This document shows, piece after piece, positions 43,521 through 58,528 of a stretch of 64,000 bases of DNA. Made by a program: the position numbers and the translations under genes. The notes below the pieces were generated by a model. That model searched no databases and was not told the DNA's origin. It was given only the letters and a program-made list of their open reading frames with translations. Numbering within the stretch: the first letter of the stretch is position 1; every line of letters begins with the position of its first letter. This DNA is from Obrimoposthia wandeli (Eukaryota): contig CDROCS010004434.1 of assembly GCA_977020255.1 (NCBI GenBank), positions 62,001 to 126,000 on the forward strand, written 5' to 3'.

Positions 43521-45661
43521 ATTTTCTTTTTAGAAGAAGGGCCCTAATCCTGTTGATATTGCAGTACCATTTTCTTTTCTGCCTGTCATCTATCCTACAA
43601 CTAAACCTTCTTTTTCCAATCAGTGGCAACAGCAATATACAGCTGCTGGCTAAGGAACTTCTTGCGAGGGTGTTTTTTCTTGACATGCTTTCTTATATTT
43701 TCTGCTATCCATGCCATGAGCTCCTTCATTTGTGGAAATTCCATTTTTTGAATAATGAAATAAAAAATAAAAAATTAATATTAACTTCGAAATAATTAAA
43801 TTCAATTATAATCTGTAAAAAGGAATTAATTTTGATTTTTTTACCATTTTAATATACAATTGAAAATATCGCTGCTGTGCCATATGTAACTCATGGCTGC
43901 ATTGTCTGGCGATTATCTCCGGTTCCAGTAGCCTCTCCTCCAAAGTCACAGATGAGGCCATATCAAATTTGAGTTTCTAAAGAACGATAAATTAAAAAAA
44001 CATAATATTTAAATAAATAATCTAACCTGATTAGTCGCCTTTATTATTGTTGCTCATCTCATTGGAGATCGTAGCCTTTGAAGTATGGGTTCTGGCAACA
44101 TTACTGTGTCATTTGCAGTAGGAGTTGGAGTAGTAGCAGTTGATGGATAAGACCGTCCCATTCGTCGGTGAAGTGGCGCCAGTTTTCATAGTTCAACTCA
44201 GGTATGATGGAATCTATTCTGGCTGGAGCTTCACTGCTTTATGGAAGATTTGGCGTAACACCGTTCCATTCATCGAAGAAATAAGTTATATTCTCATCCT
44301 CGTCATTCTCAACCATGAAGTTGTTGCTGATTGCTCGTGTGACAGAATTTGATGGGAGAGTTGGAGTCCCTCCATCCCAATCTTCTACGAAAGAAGTCAA
44401 ATCTTCATTCTCCTCCTCCTCCTGTGTTGCAGGCACAAGACCTGTTTCATCAATATCAGGTTCTTCATCGCTGAACAAGTCCTCGTCGGAGTTTGAAGTA
44501 TAATGATATCAATGCTGCTTCTCGTGCTTCTTCTTGTCTCATCGTAGCGAGAGATTGGCTCACAACAATCAAGTATTGACTAAGTAAATCAATATATTAC
44601 GACAGTGGTGGCGTTCGTCGCTGCACTGGAGAGAGGTCTCCATACAGATCCTCCTCAATATCTTCTTCCAAGTCAACGTTGTTGTAAAATTGCGTTTTTA
44701 TTAAGTTAAAAATAATGAAAAGAGTTCTACTTATATACACTAATATGAGACTATTCCTTTTTCATTGTCCAATGAGAGCGTGTTATTAAAATAATTTAAT
44801 TTAAAATTCGGTGTATTTTCTTAAGTTTTTGACTACATCTGTGTGTGTGTGTATCATGGGGTAGAAAAATATTTTCAAATAATTTATTCAAAAATCATTG
44901 TATTTTGTTAAGATTTTATGACTGTGTATGTAGTCAGAGCAATAGAGATTTTGTGTTATAGGGGTAAAAACATCACATTGTTTTGAGTGTATATGAATAT
45001 AAATAATTACACAGAAAGTATAGTTGCATCCGACAGGTGCAATTTTTTTATTGCAACCCTATCTATATATCGATTCGCTCAGAGTATCACCAGGGGCCCG
45101 AAGGGCCCACATTGACTCTTACATGGCCTCTCAGGCAGATAAGATAGGAACACGGGAAGCTAAATGGCACGAGTGTACAAAAATTATAAGGACCTCATTT
45201 CAAAAGTACTATAATAAGCGAAATATTTGAATTCGTTTGAATGCATTGTATTTAATTTGCATACATCAAATAATTTATGTAAATCTAACAATATTTATTC
45301 AGTAATAATAATAATTTTAAATAATTTTTTGTTTGTTTTAAACTTAACCAATTTTTAGGTACTTTTAAGAACCTAACATTTTCTCTGGCCTAGGCCTATC
45401 ACTTGCTTGTATAAAAAAAATCAAAAACATAAGCTAAAATCCATTCAGGTGATTTTTTACCATAGCCGATATCTGGGAAGAAAACTTCTTACATTTATTT
45501 TAAATGAGTCACAGTATACTCTGATAATAGAGCGTACTTCTACTTATGTTTTTTGTTGTTTTAAATTTGACTAAGACAAAATTTATTTTGTGTTTATTAA
45601 TTTAACATTTATAATTAATATATTTTTTAAATATAGATGTATCAAAATATTTCTTTGTTAT

Positions 45662-48600
45662 AGTTATGTAATCAGAAACCGGAATTATCTTACTTTCGAT
45701 AATTTGTTAGGGAACTGATATTTTATAATCAGAATATAAATTGTGTTGTGAAATCTAAGATTTGAATTATGTCTACGATAGAAAACATAACTGGCGATCA
45801 CGCCGAAATAAATGTAATGACGAGAAGTCAATCAAAGAAGAATATCCTCGAGACTATGCCTAAAGAACAAAGAATGATGTTCCAGTATAACATAAGAAGA
45901 TACGATGGAATGAGTTCAAAGGAAGGTGAACAATGGTTAAAGGATATAGGAGAATGGGTTGACGCAAATCAGATTAATATTGGAGATGCATTTAAGTTGC
46001 TGTTGACCGAAGATTATTATGAATAGATGCCAGTGAAAGATTAAATTCAGATATCGAAGTCAAAAATATGGTTTGAAGAAAATTTCCTAGAAAGGAAATC
46101 CATAGTTGACAAAGTTTGCGAACTTGCAGACGTAAAGCAAGTAGAAGGTGAGCGTTTCTCAGCGTTCAGCATTAGAGTGAAAAAACTCGTTGATGCTATG
46201 ATGGAAAATAATGTTAGCAAAGATGAGCTGACTGACGCATTAAGATAGAGTAAGAAGTGAAGACCTAAAGGAGCAGTTTTTATTAAAACCAATGATGCCA
46301 AAAGAAGAAATTAGAGGCGATGGCAAAGCTGTACAGCGAAATCGAGAAAAGAATACCGTGATTGCACAAATTCATAATACGTATGCAAATACAGTAAAAA
46401 GAGAATTCAACCGTTCTGACAACCGTCATTTCACAAACAATACAAAGAAACCAGTATCAGTACCAGTACATCAGGAACAAAGAAATTATGTTAATGAATA
46501 AAAAGGATACATAAATAGAGACGCCAAAAATCAAAATAATAGGAGACCAATGCCAAGGTTTTCTTTAAAATAAATAGCTAAAAGAAAATATAACTTAGCT
46601 AAGGGACTGCCTGTCACAAAAAGTAAAGAACTTCAACCAGGAAGATGTTTTTGTTGTGGTGAAAAAGGTCATTTTCGAAATCAATGTCCTCTCAATCACA
46701 AATGTTTGATTTGCGGAAAAGAAGGTCACAATTTCAACAGCTGCTAAATTTTAAAGAACCTACATCAAACTACAAGAGTACTTTGTATAACAGAAGAAGC
46801 GAAAGGAAATAATCAAAATTTAGAAGATTGTAATAATGATGACATGATAATACATTATGTTAATCAGGGATACGTGAGCGATCCCATTGCTCCCATTTCG
46901 TCGGTGGGATCGAGCATATAGAACCAAAGCGGAATGAAAAGATGTATATGAAGAATGATGGTCGTGAATGGAGTATAATGAAGATTAATGATGTAGATGT
47001 AGAAATGCTGTGGAACTCCGGAGCATCAGTTAATGTAATGAGTAAGAATTGTTGGAAGAAAGTAGGATGTCATAAAATGAGACAGAGTAATTTATATTTG
47101 AGTGGAGTTTTTTTCGAATAATCATGAACAGCCTTTATCATTACTAAATTGTTATGGAATGGAAAGGAGAATGTTTTGGAAATAATCTTTGTAGAAGAAA
47201 TTAAACCAGAATTTATTGGTGTAATCGATACAATGAAAACATTTGGAATAAAGCTGCAGGAAGTATGTAATATGGACTTGTCTTGCATGATGAAAACGTT
47301 TTCCTCGAATAAAGAACATATAAAATATGTAATTCTTTAAAATGCGATAGAGACTCAATTTTAGGACATTATATTGTGAAATTTGGGAGAATATTTATGT
47401 GTTCTAAATTTGATCTAGGATATACCAAAATTGTCTCTCATAAGATTGAGACTATTGCCAATCCTATGTGCCAAAATTCTAGATGACAACCGATGCTTTT
47501 AGAAAACCAAGTTGATGAAATGATTGAAAATGTACTCAATGTAAACGTAATTAGGCGTTGTGAAAGTCCTTGGAACTCGCCATTGGTCATTGTGAAGAAG
47601 CTAGACAATACAATTCGAATGTGTGTTGACTACAGACAATTGAATGCTGTAACCTAGAAGTTTACATTTCCAATACCGGATGCACAACTCTTGTTCGATT
47701 CTATAGGTGATGCTAAAATATTTACGACATTAGATATTGGACAAGCTAATTTTCAGGTAGATCTAGAGAATGAGTCTCAGGGAAAAACGGCTTTCAGTAC
47801 AAAATTAGGACGATTTTGTTTCAATCGCATGCTATTTGGGTTGGCTACAGCACCGGCAACATTCCATAGTTTTGGGGTAAAATATTGTATGGTTTGTTGT
47901 TCAAAGGAACAATTGTATATCTAGATGATATCGTTGTTTATAGTAACAACCAAGAAGAACATTATAAATTATTAAGAGGTATTCAAAAGAATTGCAGCAG
48001 CAGGCCTTAAAATAAACCCTAATAAATGCTACATTGACCAGAAACAGTTAAAATTCCTAGGTCATATCATAACAGAAAGCGGAATACATACAAATCAGTC
48101 GAAAGTCAACGAAATTATAAATTTTAAAGAACCAGATTGTAGTGAAAAATTAAAATCATTTTTAAGAATGGCAAACTATTATCGACGATTTATTAAAGAT
48201 TATGCAAATATTTCAGCTCTACTATATGTAGCGGGGTCTGGAGATAAGAAGTCAATACAAACAAGTTTTGAACTCCTGAAAGAAAAATTAACAACAGCTC
48301 CCATATTAGATTTCCCCAGGTGAAATAGAAAATGTATAATTGATACAGACGCAAGCTTTGGTGCGATTGGGACAGTTTTGAGCCAACTGGATGAAATGAG
48401 AAACGAAAAAGTGATTGTGTACGCTTCAAGACATTTGACTTTCCCTGAGAAAAGATACTGTGTTACCAGAAAAAAACTTTTAGCAGTATACGAATTTATT
48501 ATGCATTTCAAACAATATTTATATGGAACTGAATTTTTGGCAAGAACACATCATAAAGCATTAGTATTTTTAAGAACGACTAGAAAACCAATCAGTCCTC

Positions 48601-51406
48601 AATTTCAAACATGGTTGACAAATTTATCAGAATTCAATTTTAAATTAGAACATCGTAAAGGTATTGACCATGGTAATGCCGATGGTATGTCAAGATTGAA
48701 TGAAACAGTATGTGATCAGTGTGTAACTAAACATATAGAGAAGAGATATAAAATAAGATATATTCACTCACTAAATAAAGACAACTTCTTGAGTAAGATA
48801 AGGAAAATATAACAAGAAGATTATAAAAAGTGAAAGAAATGAACGTTTTCATCCATCTGGAAAGTAAGGATTTATCAGAAGAATGCAAAATAAGTGAGAT
48901 TTATCAGATAAAAGAGAAACTCAAACTCCGCCAGGATATTCTTTATTTTAAACAAAATTTTACGTCATTTATGGAAGAAAAAAAAATTAAAGCATCAAGT
49001 GCAACGACAAAAAATAAAGAAGATATCATTCAAGACGTAAGGAAGAACCAACAAATCGTAGCTGAAAAGTTAAAGAAATTAGATAATGAAGAGAAGAGGG
49101 GAAAGGATATTTGAAGTAAATGAATAGGTGCTTGTTAAAAAGGATCCAATTAAAAGAAGCAAGAATAGTGACCAGTTTGAAGGCCCATATAGAATAAAAT
49201 AATTTTCGAGTCCATGACAGGTATTAATTCCGTTTCTAAGAAGAATCCTACCCAGGAGAATCGAATTGTTGAAGAAGTGCTAATTTGAATAGGGAAGGAG
49301 AAAGTTATGTAATCAGAAACCGGAATTATCCTACTTGCATTTATTTGTTTAAGTATTATTATTTAAACCTTTATAATATAAATTGTGTTGTGTAATCTAA
49401 CTCTTGAATTATGTATCCAATAGAAAACATAACTGATATTATTCACCTTTTAGTTTATACCATAATTATTCGTCAACTACAAATCGTTAAATTGTTATTT
49501 TGGTTTAAAAAACGTGTTTTCTGATCATGTTGATATCTAAAAAAAATCTGAAAATGTTTAATTACATTTTCGTAAAAAGTTAACATATTTAGACAAGAAG
49601 TTTACTATTTTGTTAAAGGGAAAAAAAGTTATTTTTTATTACGCAGTGTTATTATTAAAAATGTAAAATATATCTGACGAATTCATACATAATAGAAAAT
49701 GTATAATTGATACAGACGCAAGCTTTGGTGCGATTAGGACAGTTTTGAGCCAACTGGATGAAATGAGAAACGAAAAAGTGATTGTGTACGCTTCAAGACA
49801 TTTGACTTTCCCTGAGAAAAGATAATGTGTTACCAGAAAAAAACTTTTAGCAGTATGCGAATTTATTATGCATTTCAAACAATATTTATGTGGAACAGAA
49901 TTTTTGACAAGAACACATCATAAAGCATTAGTATTTTTAAGAACGACGAAAAATCCAATCAATCCTCAATTTCAAGTATGGCTTGCAAATTTATCAGAAT
50001 TCAATTTTAAGTTAGAACATCTTAAAGGTATTGACCATGGTAATGCCGATGGTAGGTCAAGATTAAATGAAACATTAAGAAACATTATTAAGATAAGGAA
50101 AATTCAGCAAGAAGATATTCATGTGAATGAAATGAAAGTTTTCCTCCAACTGGAAAGTAAGGATTTATCAGAAGAATGCAAAATAAGTTGGATTTATCAG
50201 ATAAGAGAGAAACTTAAACTCTGTGGGGTTATCCTTTATTTTGAACAAAACTTTACAGATTTAATTGTCATACCTCCGAAAAACGCTAATGAAATTATTA
50301 ATGAAATTCCCCAATATCTTTGTCACCTAGGAATACAAAAAGTTTATAACTATATGAAAGATAACTTTTATTTAAAAGGAATGTTTCAAGAAATAAAAGA
50401 ATGTATATCAAAGCGCGTTTACTGTTCCAAAAGGAAATTTTAAACAAGCAGAACAAAATAAATATATATTGCTCTAATCAAAGAAATTTTTTAGATCAAA
50501 TAGTTATCGATATAGCTCACATGAAGGAAGGAAGATCTAAATAGAAATATATGTTGATAGTAATCGATCGATTTAGTAAACTGGTATCACTATCAGCAAC
50601 CTCGAAAGAAGATGAAATAACAATTACTAAAGCCCTCCAGACAAATTGGACATATAAATTTGGAAAACCTAATAGAATTTTAACAGATAGAGGACGAATA
50701 TTTACTGGAAATTATTTTCAGAATTGGCTAGGAAAATTTGGTATTGAACAAGAGCTTACAGCACCTTATCAACACCAAGCTAATGGTCTATCAGAAAGAG
50801 TTATATGCACGGTAAGAGATATGATTGTAATGGCAATAGCGTCTACTAAAACAGGAAAATGTTGGCACGATTTATTGCCACAAATTGAATTTGCTATAAA
50901 TGCAACAGTAAATAGTTCTTCAAAACATTTACCGTTTGAGGTTATTTATGGAAAATAACTTCAAGCATCAAATACAACAACAAACAATAAAGAAAATATC
51001 ATTCAAGACGTAAGGAAGAACCAACAAATCGCAGATGAAAAGTTAACTAAGTTAGACAATGGAAGAAGAGGGGAAAGGATATTTGAAGAAAATGAAAAGG
51101 TGCTTGTTATAAAGGACCCAATTAAAAGAAGCAAAGATAGTGACCAGTATGAAGGCCCATATAGAAAAATATAATTCTTGAGTCCACGACAGGTATCAAT
51201 TCAGTTTCCAAGAGGAATACTTCTCAGGAGAATCGAATGGCTGAAGAAGTGTAAATTTGATTTGTTTAGGGGAAAGTTATGTAATTAGAAACAGGAATTA
51301 TCTTTACTTTTGATAATTTGTTTAAGAGCTGATATTTAATAATCAGAATATAAATTGTGTTGTGAAATCTAAATCTTGAATTATGTCTACGACAGAAAAC
51401 ATAACT
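45662..51406 (+). mobile_element. Decayed Gypsy element with three ~131-bp LTRs (45662-45792, 49303-49434, 51275-51406)
   Basis: LTR termini AGTTATGT...ACATAACT. PBS TGGCGATCACGCC overlaps the first LTR by 1 nt. Purine tracts precede LTR2 and LTR3. 5-bp TSD GTTAT (45657-45661 and 51407-51411). Two CCHC knuckles at ~46650-46745, plus RT, RH and INT relics. Confidence 0.9.
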
Positions 51407-51919
51407 GTTATAATTACAGGTATTTTTCAATTTTTATTAACAAAATTAAAATTATTTTAAAGATAAAAATGTTTGGAAGATAATTGTAGAATACAAACTG
51501 TTATGGGCAAGAGGCATTTTGTGATAAAAATTATTTTTTAACATTTAATTTTTTTAATATTAAATAAATATTTTAAAATTTTTGGATCAAAAGTTAGTAA
51601 GTTATATGTTTTATCTGTTTGTGTAAAAGTTGTACGAAAAATTGAAATTGACTGTATAGCATAATATTTAATATAAACTGTAGATATTGCAGCGTAATTA
51701 GTAAATTTAAATAGTGAACAAAATTTCTAATATATTTTTACTTGCACATAATTTATAATACATTTTAAGATATGTTCTTCTCGTTATTCAATTAAATCAA
51801 AGTAATTACATTTTAAAAATACGGTATTTTATGTATTCGAAAATAATATTTGTTCATGCTTAGCACAGCTTTTGTTTAAATATTCGTTATTTACGTAATT
51901 TTTAAAAATATTGAACGTT

Positions 51920-53709
51920 ATGGCAGACACTAAATTATCAACTGGATTTTCGTTATTAACTATTGATGATAACCCTGATGGATGGGGTCCTTATACAGTC
52001 CCGGAAAAATTTGCAGATCTTCCTTATCAGCCATTTAATAAAGATATAAAATTAGGCAAATTTGCAGATTGGACAAGCAATTATAATCCTGACTTACGGA
52101 AGAAGATGGATAAAATGAATAATATGAATTATCAAGGAAATCAATATGCATATGTACATGAAGATGATGAAAGTACTTTCCATATGGTCAATACTGTTAA
52201 AGATCAGAAATCGAGCTTTTTAAAGCAGAAGAACAAATTTGCTGCCAATAGAACCCGCAGAGAAAAGGTCGCTCAGAAACAACAGCAACAACTCGAACAA
52301 CAATCTCGCTTAGGATTGACTAAGAAACAGAAGTTTATAAATAGAGAAAGGCAACAAGATATGAGAAGGATTAATAAGCAACATGGTCGCTTAAATAATG
52401 CTACCGGATGGGGTAATGATTATCGTAGACAAGCTCGAATTCATAGAGAGGCTTCGGTTCAAGTTAAAGATACATGGAAAGTAGTTGAGGAGATCGAATT
52501 TAGTCGATTCAACAAACTATCAATGATCCTCTCAGAAGAACCAGAAGATCTTTATACTTGTGGTGAATTAAGATATTATGATAAGAATCACGACAGAATT
52601 ACTACACATAATACACAGAAATTGAAACTTATGAATCGCATAATTCATAATGTTGCCACTGGAGATGATCCTATAATTCGTAAATTGGCTAGTGAAAAGG
52701 CTGGAAATGTTTTTGCTACCGATGCTTTAATATCGGCACTTATGTGTTGTACACGTTCTGTTTATTCTTGGGATATTATCGCCCAGAAAGTAGGAGATAT
52801 TCTTATTTTAGACAAAAGACCGGGCAATAACAATTTCCATTTTGTTACTGTAAATGAAACTGCAAGTGAGCCTCCAGTTGAAGATTCGAATAATATTAAT
52901 TCTTCTAGCAGTTTGTCACTGGAAGCTACATTTATAAACCATAACTTTACCCAACAAGTTCTTCAACAGGTAATTGGTGTTTTAATGTATTTTAAATAAA
53001 ATAACTCTTTAAATATTTTATTAATTCTATTTATTTTCAGAAAACATTTGCCTTCGATAATCCGAATCCATTCTTGGATGAAGACGAGGACAAATTAAAC
53101 CTGGGTTCAGTGGGTTATCGATATAGAAAGTTTAACCTTGGTAACGATATCAAATTGGTCGTGCGATGTGAACACGATGCGGTTATAGAGCGAGGACAAA
53201 CCACCGATGCTGACTCAGATACAGTCGCTTCTACTCAACCTCAATTCATGACCGTGCGTGCCCTTAATGAATGGGACTCGCGCATGTGTGGTGGTATTGA
53301 CTGGAGAAACAAATTAGATGTACAGCGTGGTGCCATTCTTGGAGCAGAAATAAAAAACAATTCATACAAGTTGGCTAAGTGGACCCTAACAGCTTTGCTG
53401 AGCGGCAGTGACCAGATGCGTTTAGGATACGTGAGCCGAGAGAACTGCAAAGCCAATAGCAGCCACACCGTTCTTGGAGTACAGCAGTTTAGACCCACCG
53501 AATTTGCGTCACAGATCAATCTCAAGATGGAAAACGCCTGGGGTGTTCTGCGCTCCATCATTGATCTAGTAATGAAGCTGGATGCCGGTATGTACCTCAT
53601 CATGCGTGACCCCAACAAGCCAGTTATGAGAATCTATGAGTGTCCCATGGATGCTTTTGAGGAGGATGCTGACGCCGACAGTGACGAAGAAGAGGACGAG
53701 GAGCAATAA
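51920..53709 (+). CDS. EIF3D: Eukaryotic translation initiation factor 3 subunit D; exons 51920-52969 and 53041-53709 (572 aa)
   Basis: [42 protein letters not shown] and LAKWT motifs. 71-nt GT-AG phase-0 intron. Confidence 0.97.
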
Positions 53710-56700
53710 TATGTGGAACTATTTCACTTTTTGAGATGCGTTAATAGACGATGTTACGTGGTTTTCATGTTTTGATCTTAAAACCGTTTTCCGGTTGATT
53801 TTTGCTACATTTTTAGATGTGTCTAAAATCATTGCTTCTAGATTATTTTTAATAATAACAATTACTAAATTTTAAGTGAGTTTTTTTTGTCTAAAATCTT
53901 TGCTTCTAGATTATTTTTTAATAATAACAATTACTAAATTTTAGGTGAGTTCTCAAACATTTACTGACGTTTCAAATATTAACATAAGAAAGTGTCACCT
54001 TTCAACAATAAACTTCCTTTACGTATGATATACAATAGGTAATTTAATTGTTAAACTGGCCCAGTAACATGTCTAAAGATATATATAACGTTTGCTTGCT
54101 ACGAACAATCAGAGTCAACTAGATCCTGACATACTACAAAAAGACGATATATTATATAAATGGAAGGCCGAATGTTACATAATTTCTTTAAAATTGTAAG
54201 TATAAATATAACTTGTAAATTCATTCAACAAAATATGGCGATTGCAATAATTTTTAAATTCTCAATTCTTAGAAGTTTAAATAAATTAGGTAGGTCTTCT
54301 AAGGATTTAATCTTAACCAAATGTTTGCTCAAACTCTTGAATAATCCCTTAAAATAACTCTTATTTTATGTCAGGCCATCTGCATTATGTAAGGTCAGTG
54401 GAATAAATGCAAACAAATTCATTTACCCATCCGTGTCTTTAGATGATTCGGAAACAATTAAATTCTTTCCGGATTTTCCATGATGGTTGAGTATGTCTTT
54501 TGATCTACATGAAAATTTGTATTTTAGTGCTATATGGATTTATAATCAAAGGTGAGAATTAATTCAAGGGCATTTTCAATCTATTTATTCTATAAAGTAT
54601 GGAGGATCGAGTTATTTGATGATTGTACATTGACCAAATAAATTCTCAGCGTGGATTATGGCTTAGAGACCGCTGGAATTAACAGTTGGTGGCCTGGTCA
54701 TGGGATTGACTTGTTTAGGAGAGCCAGTCCTCTTCAAAAACCGAGTGTCTCGATAAGATTTGAAGAATTTATGTTTTGGTTTCTTAAAATAAATTAAAAA
54801 TACTATTTGTGAATTTTAATATTCATTAAACATGAAGAAATTATTAATTGAAGAAAAATACAAGAAGAAACAAAGTGAAGGGTTATCAGATATTTAAAAT
54901 ATTTAAGTGAATCGTGATCACATTGTATCAAAATTTCAGATATCAGTAAAATGTGCTACATTCAATACATTCAATGAGGCTATTTATACATAATTAGATG
55001 AATTTAGGGTTATTCCATGTTTATTTGATAAAACATTTTACATAATGAAATTATTAACAATAATATTGGAATTATTGATTTGGATTGGCTGTATAATATT
55101 GTCAAATTTCAATTTGGTTAACACTAGAACTACGAATCAGTGTTTTCCTACCGCAATTTCTTGTTATCATACCTAGAGCTTACATTTTCTGGGTAAAAGT
55201 GACACCAGATTTATGTATTGGGAGATAAATTTATTAATTGTCAGTGTGGCCAAAAGTGACTGTTGAATTGTATCTGTCACATTTTACTGTCAAAATCACT
55301 TTAAGAAATACTATTTGTATCTACAGGATGCTCCAGTTGATTGTGTCAAAAAACAGATAGAAAGTTGGTCATGTACAAAATAAACGGTTCATATTATTTT
55401 GCTGTGTAAACTATATTAAAAAATATAATAAAAATACGTCAGAGCATCTCAGAGGTCACTGAGGTATGCTCTGTAAGTGTAAAAATTCACAAATTATCCA
55501 AACAGTCATTTGGTTGGATCAGCAACTTTATCTGTTGTTGAGAAGAAGGCTGCCACACAAGTCTTGTCAGAACTGTACATGTCTGATAAACAGAAGAAGG
55601 TATAATTTTTTAATATTTAAATAAAGGTAAAAACTTAATTTTATTGAAATTTATTCAGATACCTATCTGATTTTATTACAAAGAATATGATTTTAATTTA
55701 ATTTATAGAAACAATTAAAATAGTTTCTTAAAATATTTACACTATGAAATAAGATTTGTCTTATAATAATTTTAGAATACGTTTTTAAGTGAGAATTTGT
55801 TTTTAACATTTATTGATTCACATTTTTTTAAAGCAGCAGTAAAATGTATTTTTGTTGTTAAATATGTAAAAGAATGTTAGACATTGAATATGTAATTAAA
55901 AAATAACAATACTTCTATATTTTTAAAATATCATGTAACTATTTAATACGATTAGGTTCACTCAAGAAATTATTTTTCTTAAGGTTTCAGAAATGGACAA
56001 ATAAAATTATAAATAAAAGTTAAATTTTACTGAAATTAAATGGAGATTTAGTAAGTTTAATTTATGTATCTGACGTAGTAATTTAAAAAAAGTTTTGAAT
56101 TTGTTGAGAAGCCGAAACTTCTGGGACTGAAATAGTCACTTGACTACATTAGGCACATGAATTGAGAGTCTCAAAAACATGTAAGGCAGAACAATTGAAA
56201 TCGAAGATTTGATCACAAGCTGAAGTAGCCTTCTATTGGCCGATTAAGTCCGTAGCAAGAAGACTTTAAAACAATGCACAAAGATCACTTTAAACAAATT
56301 ATAGTGATAATTGTAGACGAAAATCTATTTTCAACAAATGACAAATTTCGATAGAAACAATAGCCTCATTCAGAAGAAGAACAGAAGGCAACGTCACAGA
56401 ATCTCTGACACACAAGTCCCACCAACGATCACATATGCTATCCAGAACAATAAGAGGACGGTGAGAACAATATTGCACGCATAGACATAAATTATTATCT
56501 AAAATTCAGAAAACTTAATAATTTTTAATATAAATTAATTGTATGCATTTTAATAGTTGTGGATCCGGAACGGTATAAGGCCAAAACAATCTGAGTTAAC
56601 TCAGCATGGTAACCAATAATAACAAACATAATATTTATGAGTTTTGATGTAATTGTTTCTATACTTTTTAGTCAATTTGATTCTGTGAACAACGATATAT

Positions 56701-57399
56701 TTTATTCAAAAATTGTTAAGTATTATAATTTTATTTTTGAATTGACAAATTTTGTTTACTCTGAATTATCTAGCTCTAGAGAGTACGCTCATAGGAAGAA
56801 CCCTACCTTCAACTTCGATTTAAGACAGACTATTTTAACCTTCAGATTTTAAATTATAATCAGGGTAGTCCCTCTAGACAGACTTATACATTTACTAACT
56901 CACGAGTTAGATTCTTCCTTATTAAATGAAATAACTCTAGCCCTAACTTCTGTAAGGCTTACACAAACTAAAAATAGTTTTGTAAACGATTCACGTCGGA
57001 TAACAGTTGCTTATTTGTTTTATAGTGCATATTTCAAACGACCGAACATTACATTGCATTTAAATACAACACGTTTCTATTCTGTATTTTCTGTGAATAA
57101 AATTCAACTTTGATTATTTTGTTATAAGAATAAAGAAAGGTTTAGTCTTTACCAAAACTGACTAGGTCGTGGTGGCTTTTTGACTGATACGTTTTAAATG
57201 CCGATAAAATATATATCTTCAACGATGGAAGTGGTTTGTTTTTCTAATTTTTTAGAACTCTGTAAACGAAGTATAATGGATTTCAAGGTGAAAAAAAATA
57301 AAAGAACATAATAACAGAATTTAATTTTAGAATTTTAACCAAAATTTACCTAAGTACCCTATTTACATTGCACATTTCACACACCTACAAATTTATAGC

Positions 57400-57560
57400 C
57401 GCTAAATCCATCTTTGACAACTTCCTAAAAAAAGAAACAATAAGACCATCAAAGTCACGTTGGGATTCTGCTTGAATGAAGAAAAGGGAAACGTCTGGAG
57501 AATGGAGATGTTGCAAAGACTACAAAGCACAGAACATTTTAACAGTTTCAGACGTATATC
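57400..57560 (+). pseudogene. Short Gypsy RT N-terminal fragment
   Basis: TIRPSKSRWDS...GEWRCCKDYKA resembles the conserved IIRPSKSPWAS...WRPCGDYRALN. Confidence 0.6.
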
Positions 57561-58478
57561 TGATAAGTTACAAAAAATAACTAAATTGTATTTTCATATA
57601 ATTGAGTCTTTGTAATGATAAAGTCTTTTCTTCTTCAGAATAAATGTGTTAAAAGGATAATCAAAATAATACTGTTTTAAACTTATTCAAATTATTGTGT
57701 GTAATTGTTATGGTTCCACTAATAATATATAGTCTGTAGAGACATGCAGCAGGAAATCAGCGCTGGAGAAATGTCGGAGACAGAGAAATTGTGTCTTCTT
57801 TTGGCGACGCTTTTTCTAGTGCATAGATAAGAGGAGAAAGGGAGCGGTCATGGAGAAAACCACTTGTTATCTCCGGGGCAGGGAGACAGACTGCGGCATC
57901 TGTCAAAGGTCGAGGATAAATGGCAGCTTTTGGCAACTCGAACTGGGCTGACCGCGTATTTGGCATTTGTTGCTGAAGTAGACCATCTATACCGCTCACA
58001 CACCCATGCACAACAGGCAGCATAGTGAGAGAGAGGGATTGAAAATCAATAGGGCACAGCTACCAATCTAGATACAAGGGAGATTGAGACGGGAAGAGAT
58101 TACGGCTGCTGGTTGTCGAGGATAAACGATTGTAAGGATAATCCAGGCAGTCTGATCTGACGATGTCGGGAAAGCGGGGAACTGCATTGGGTAGTACGCA
58201 CACGAGTTGGATGGAAATAGATGCAGTTTGGGTTGGTTGAAGTGGCAGCATTTAAGAGTGGACACACCAGTCGACTGGGATTACCGAGAAGGATGATGAG
58301 GAAGGAATGTGGAGGAGAGGCCGCTGCAATCCGGGGAAGGCAGTCCGGGAAGGTGTGGAAGATGGGTGACTCTGCACAACCTGGGCGACTGTGTGCAGGT
58401 AAGTGCCCTTTATTTTTTATCTTTTATCTCTGACTTCGCGGGCATTTTGCCCACCGCGAAACCAGAGACAAATCCGCC

Positions 58479-58528
58479 GTCCCCCTGACGAGCCCGGCAG
58501 GGCGAAACCGGTTAAGCCGGTCGGGGAC
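58479..58528 (+). ncRNA. Minimal type I hammerhead ribozyme; predicted GUC cleavage after 58522
   Basis: Stem I GTCCCC/GGGGAC, core CTGACGA, stem II GCCC-GGCA-GGGC, GAAA, stem III ACCGG-TTAAG-CCGGT. All core nucleotides are present. Confidence 0.88.

Noticed and set aside
45090-45110. GGGCCC-GAA-GGGCCC hairpin as a Helitron 3' end
   Set aside because: No CTRR terminus at the expected distance and no Rep/helicase sequence.
53241-53618. 125-aa ORF antisense to eIF3d
   Set aside because: Shadow of a conserved coding exon.
56100-56480. Possible MULE or LINE fragment (RPLIVLD)
   Set aside because: Only one short motif matches and the following residues do not fit.
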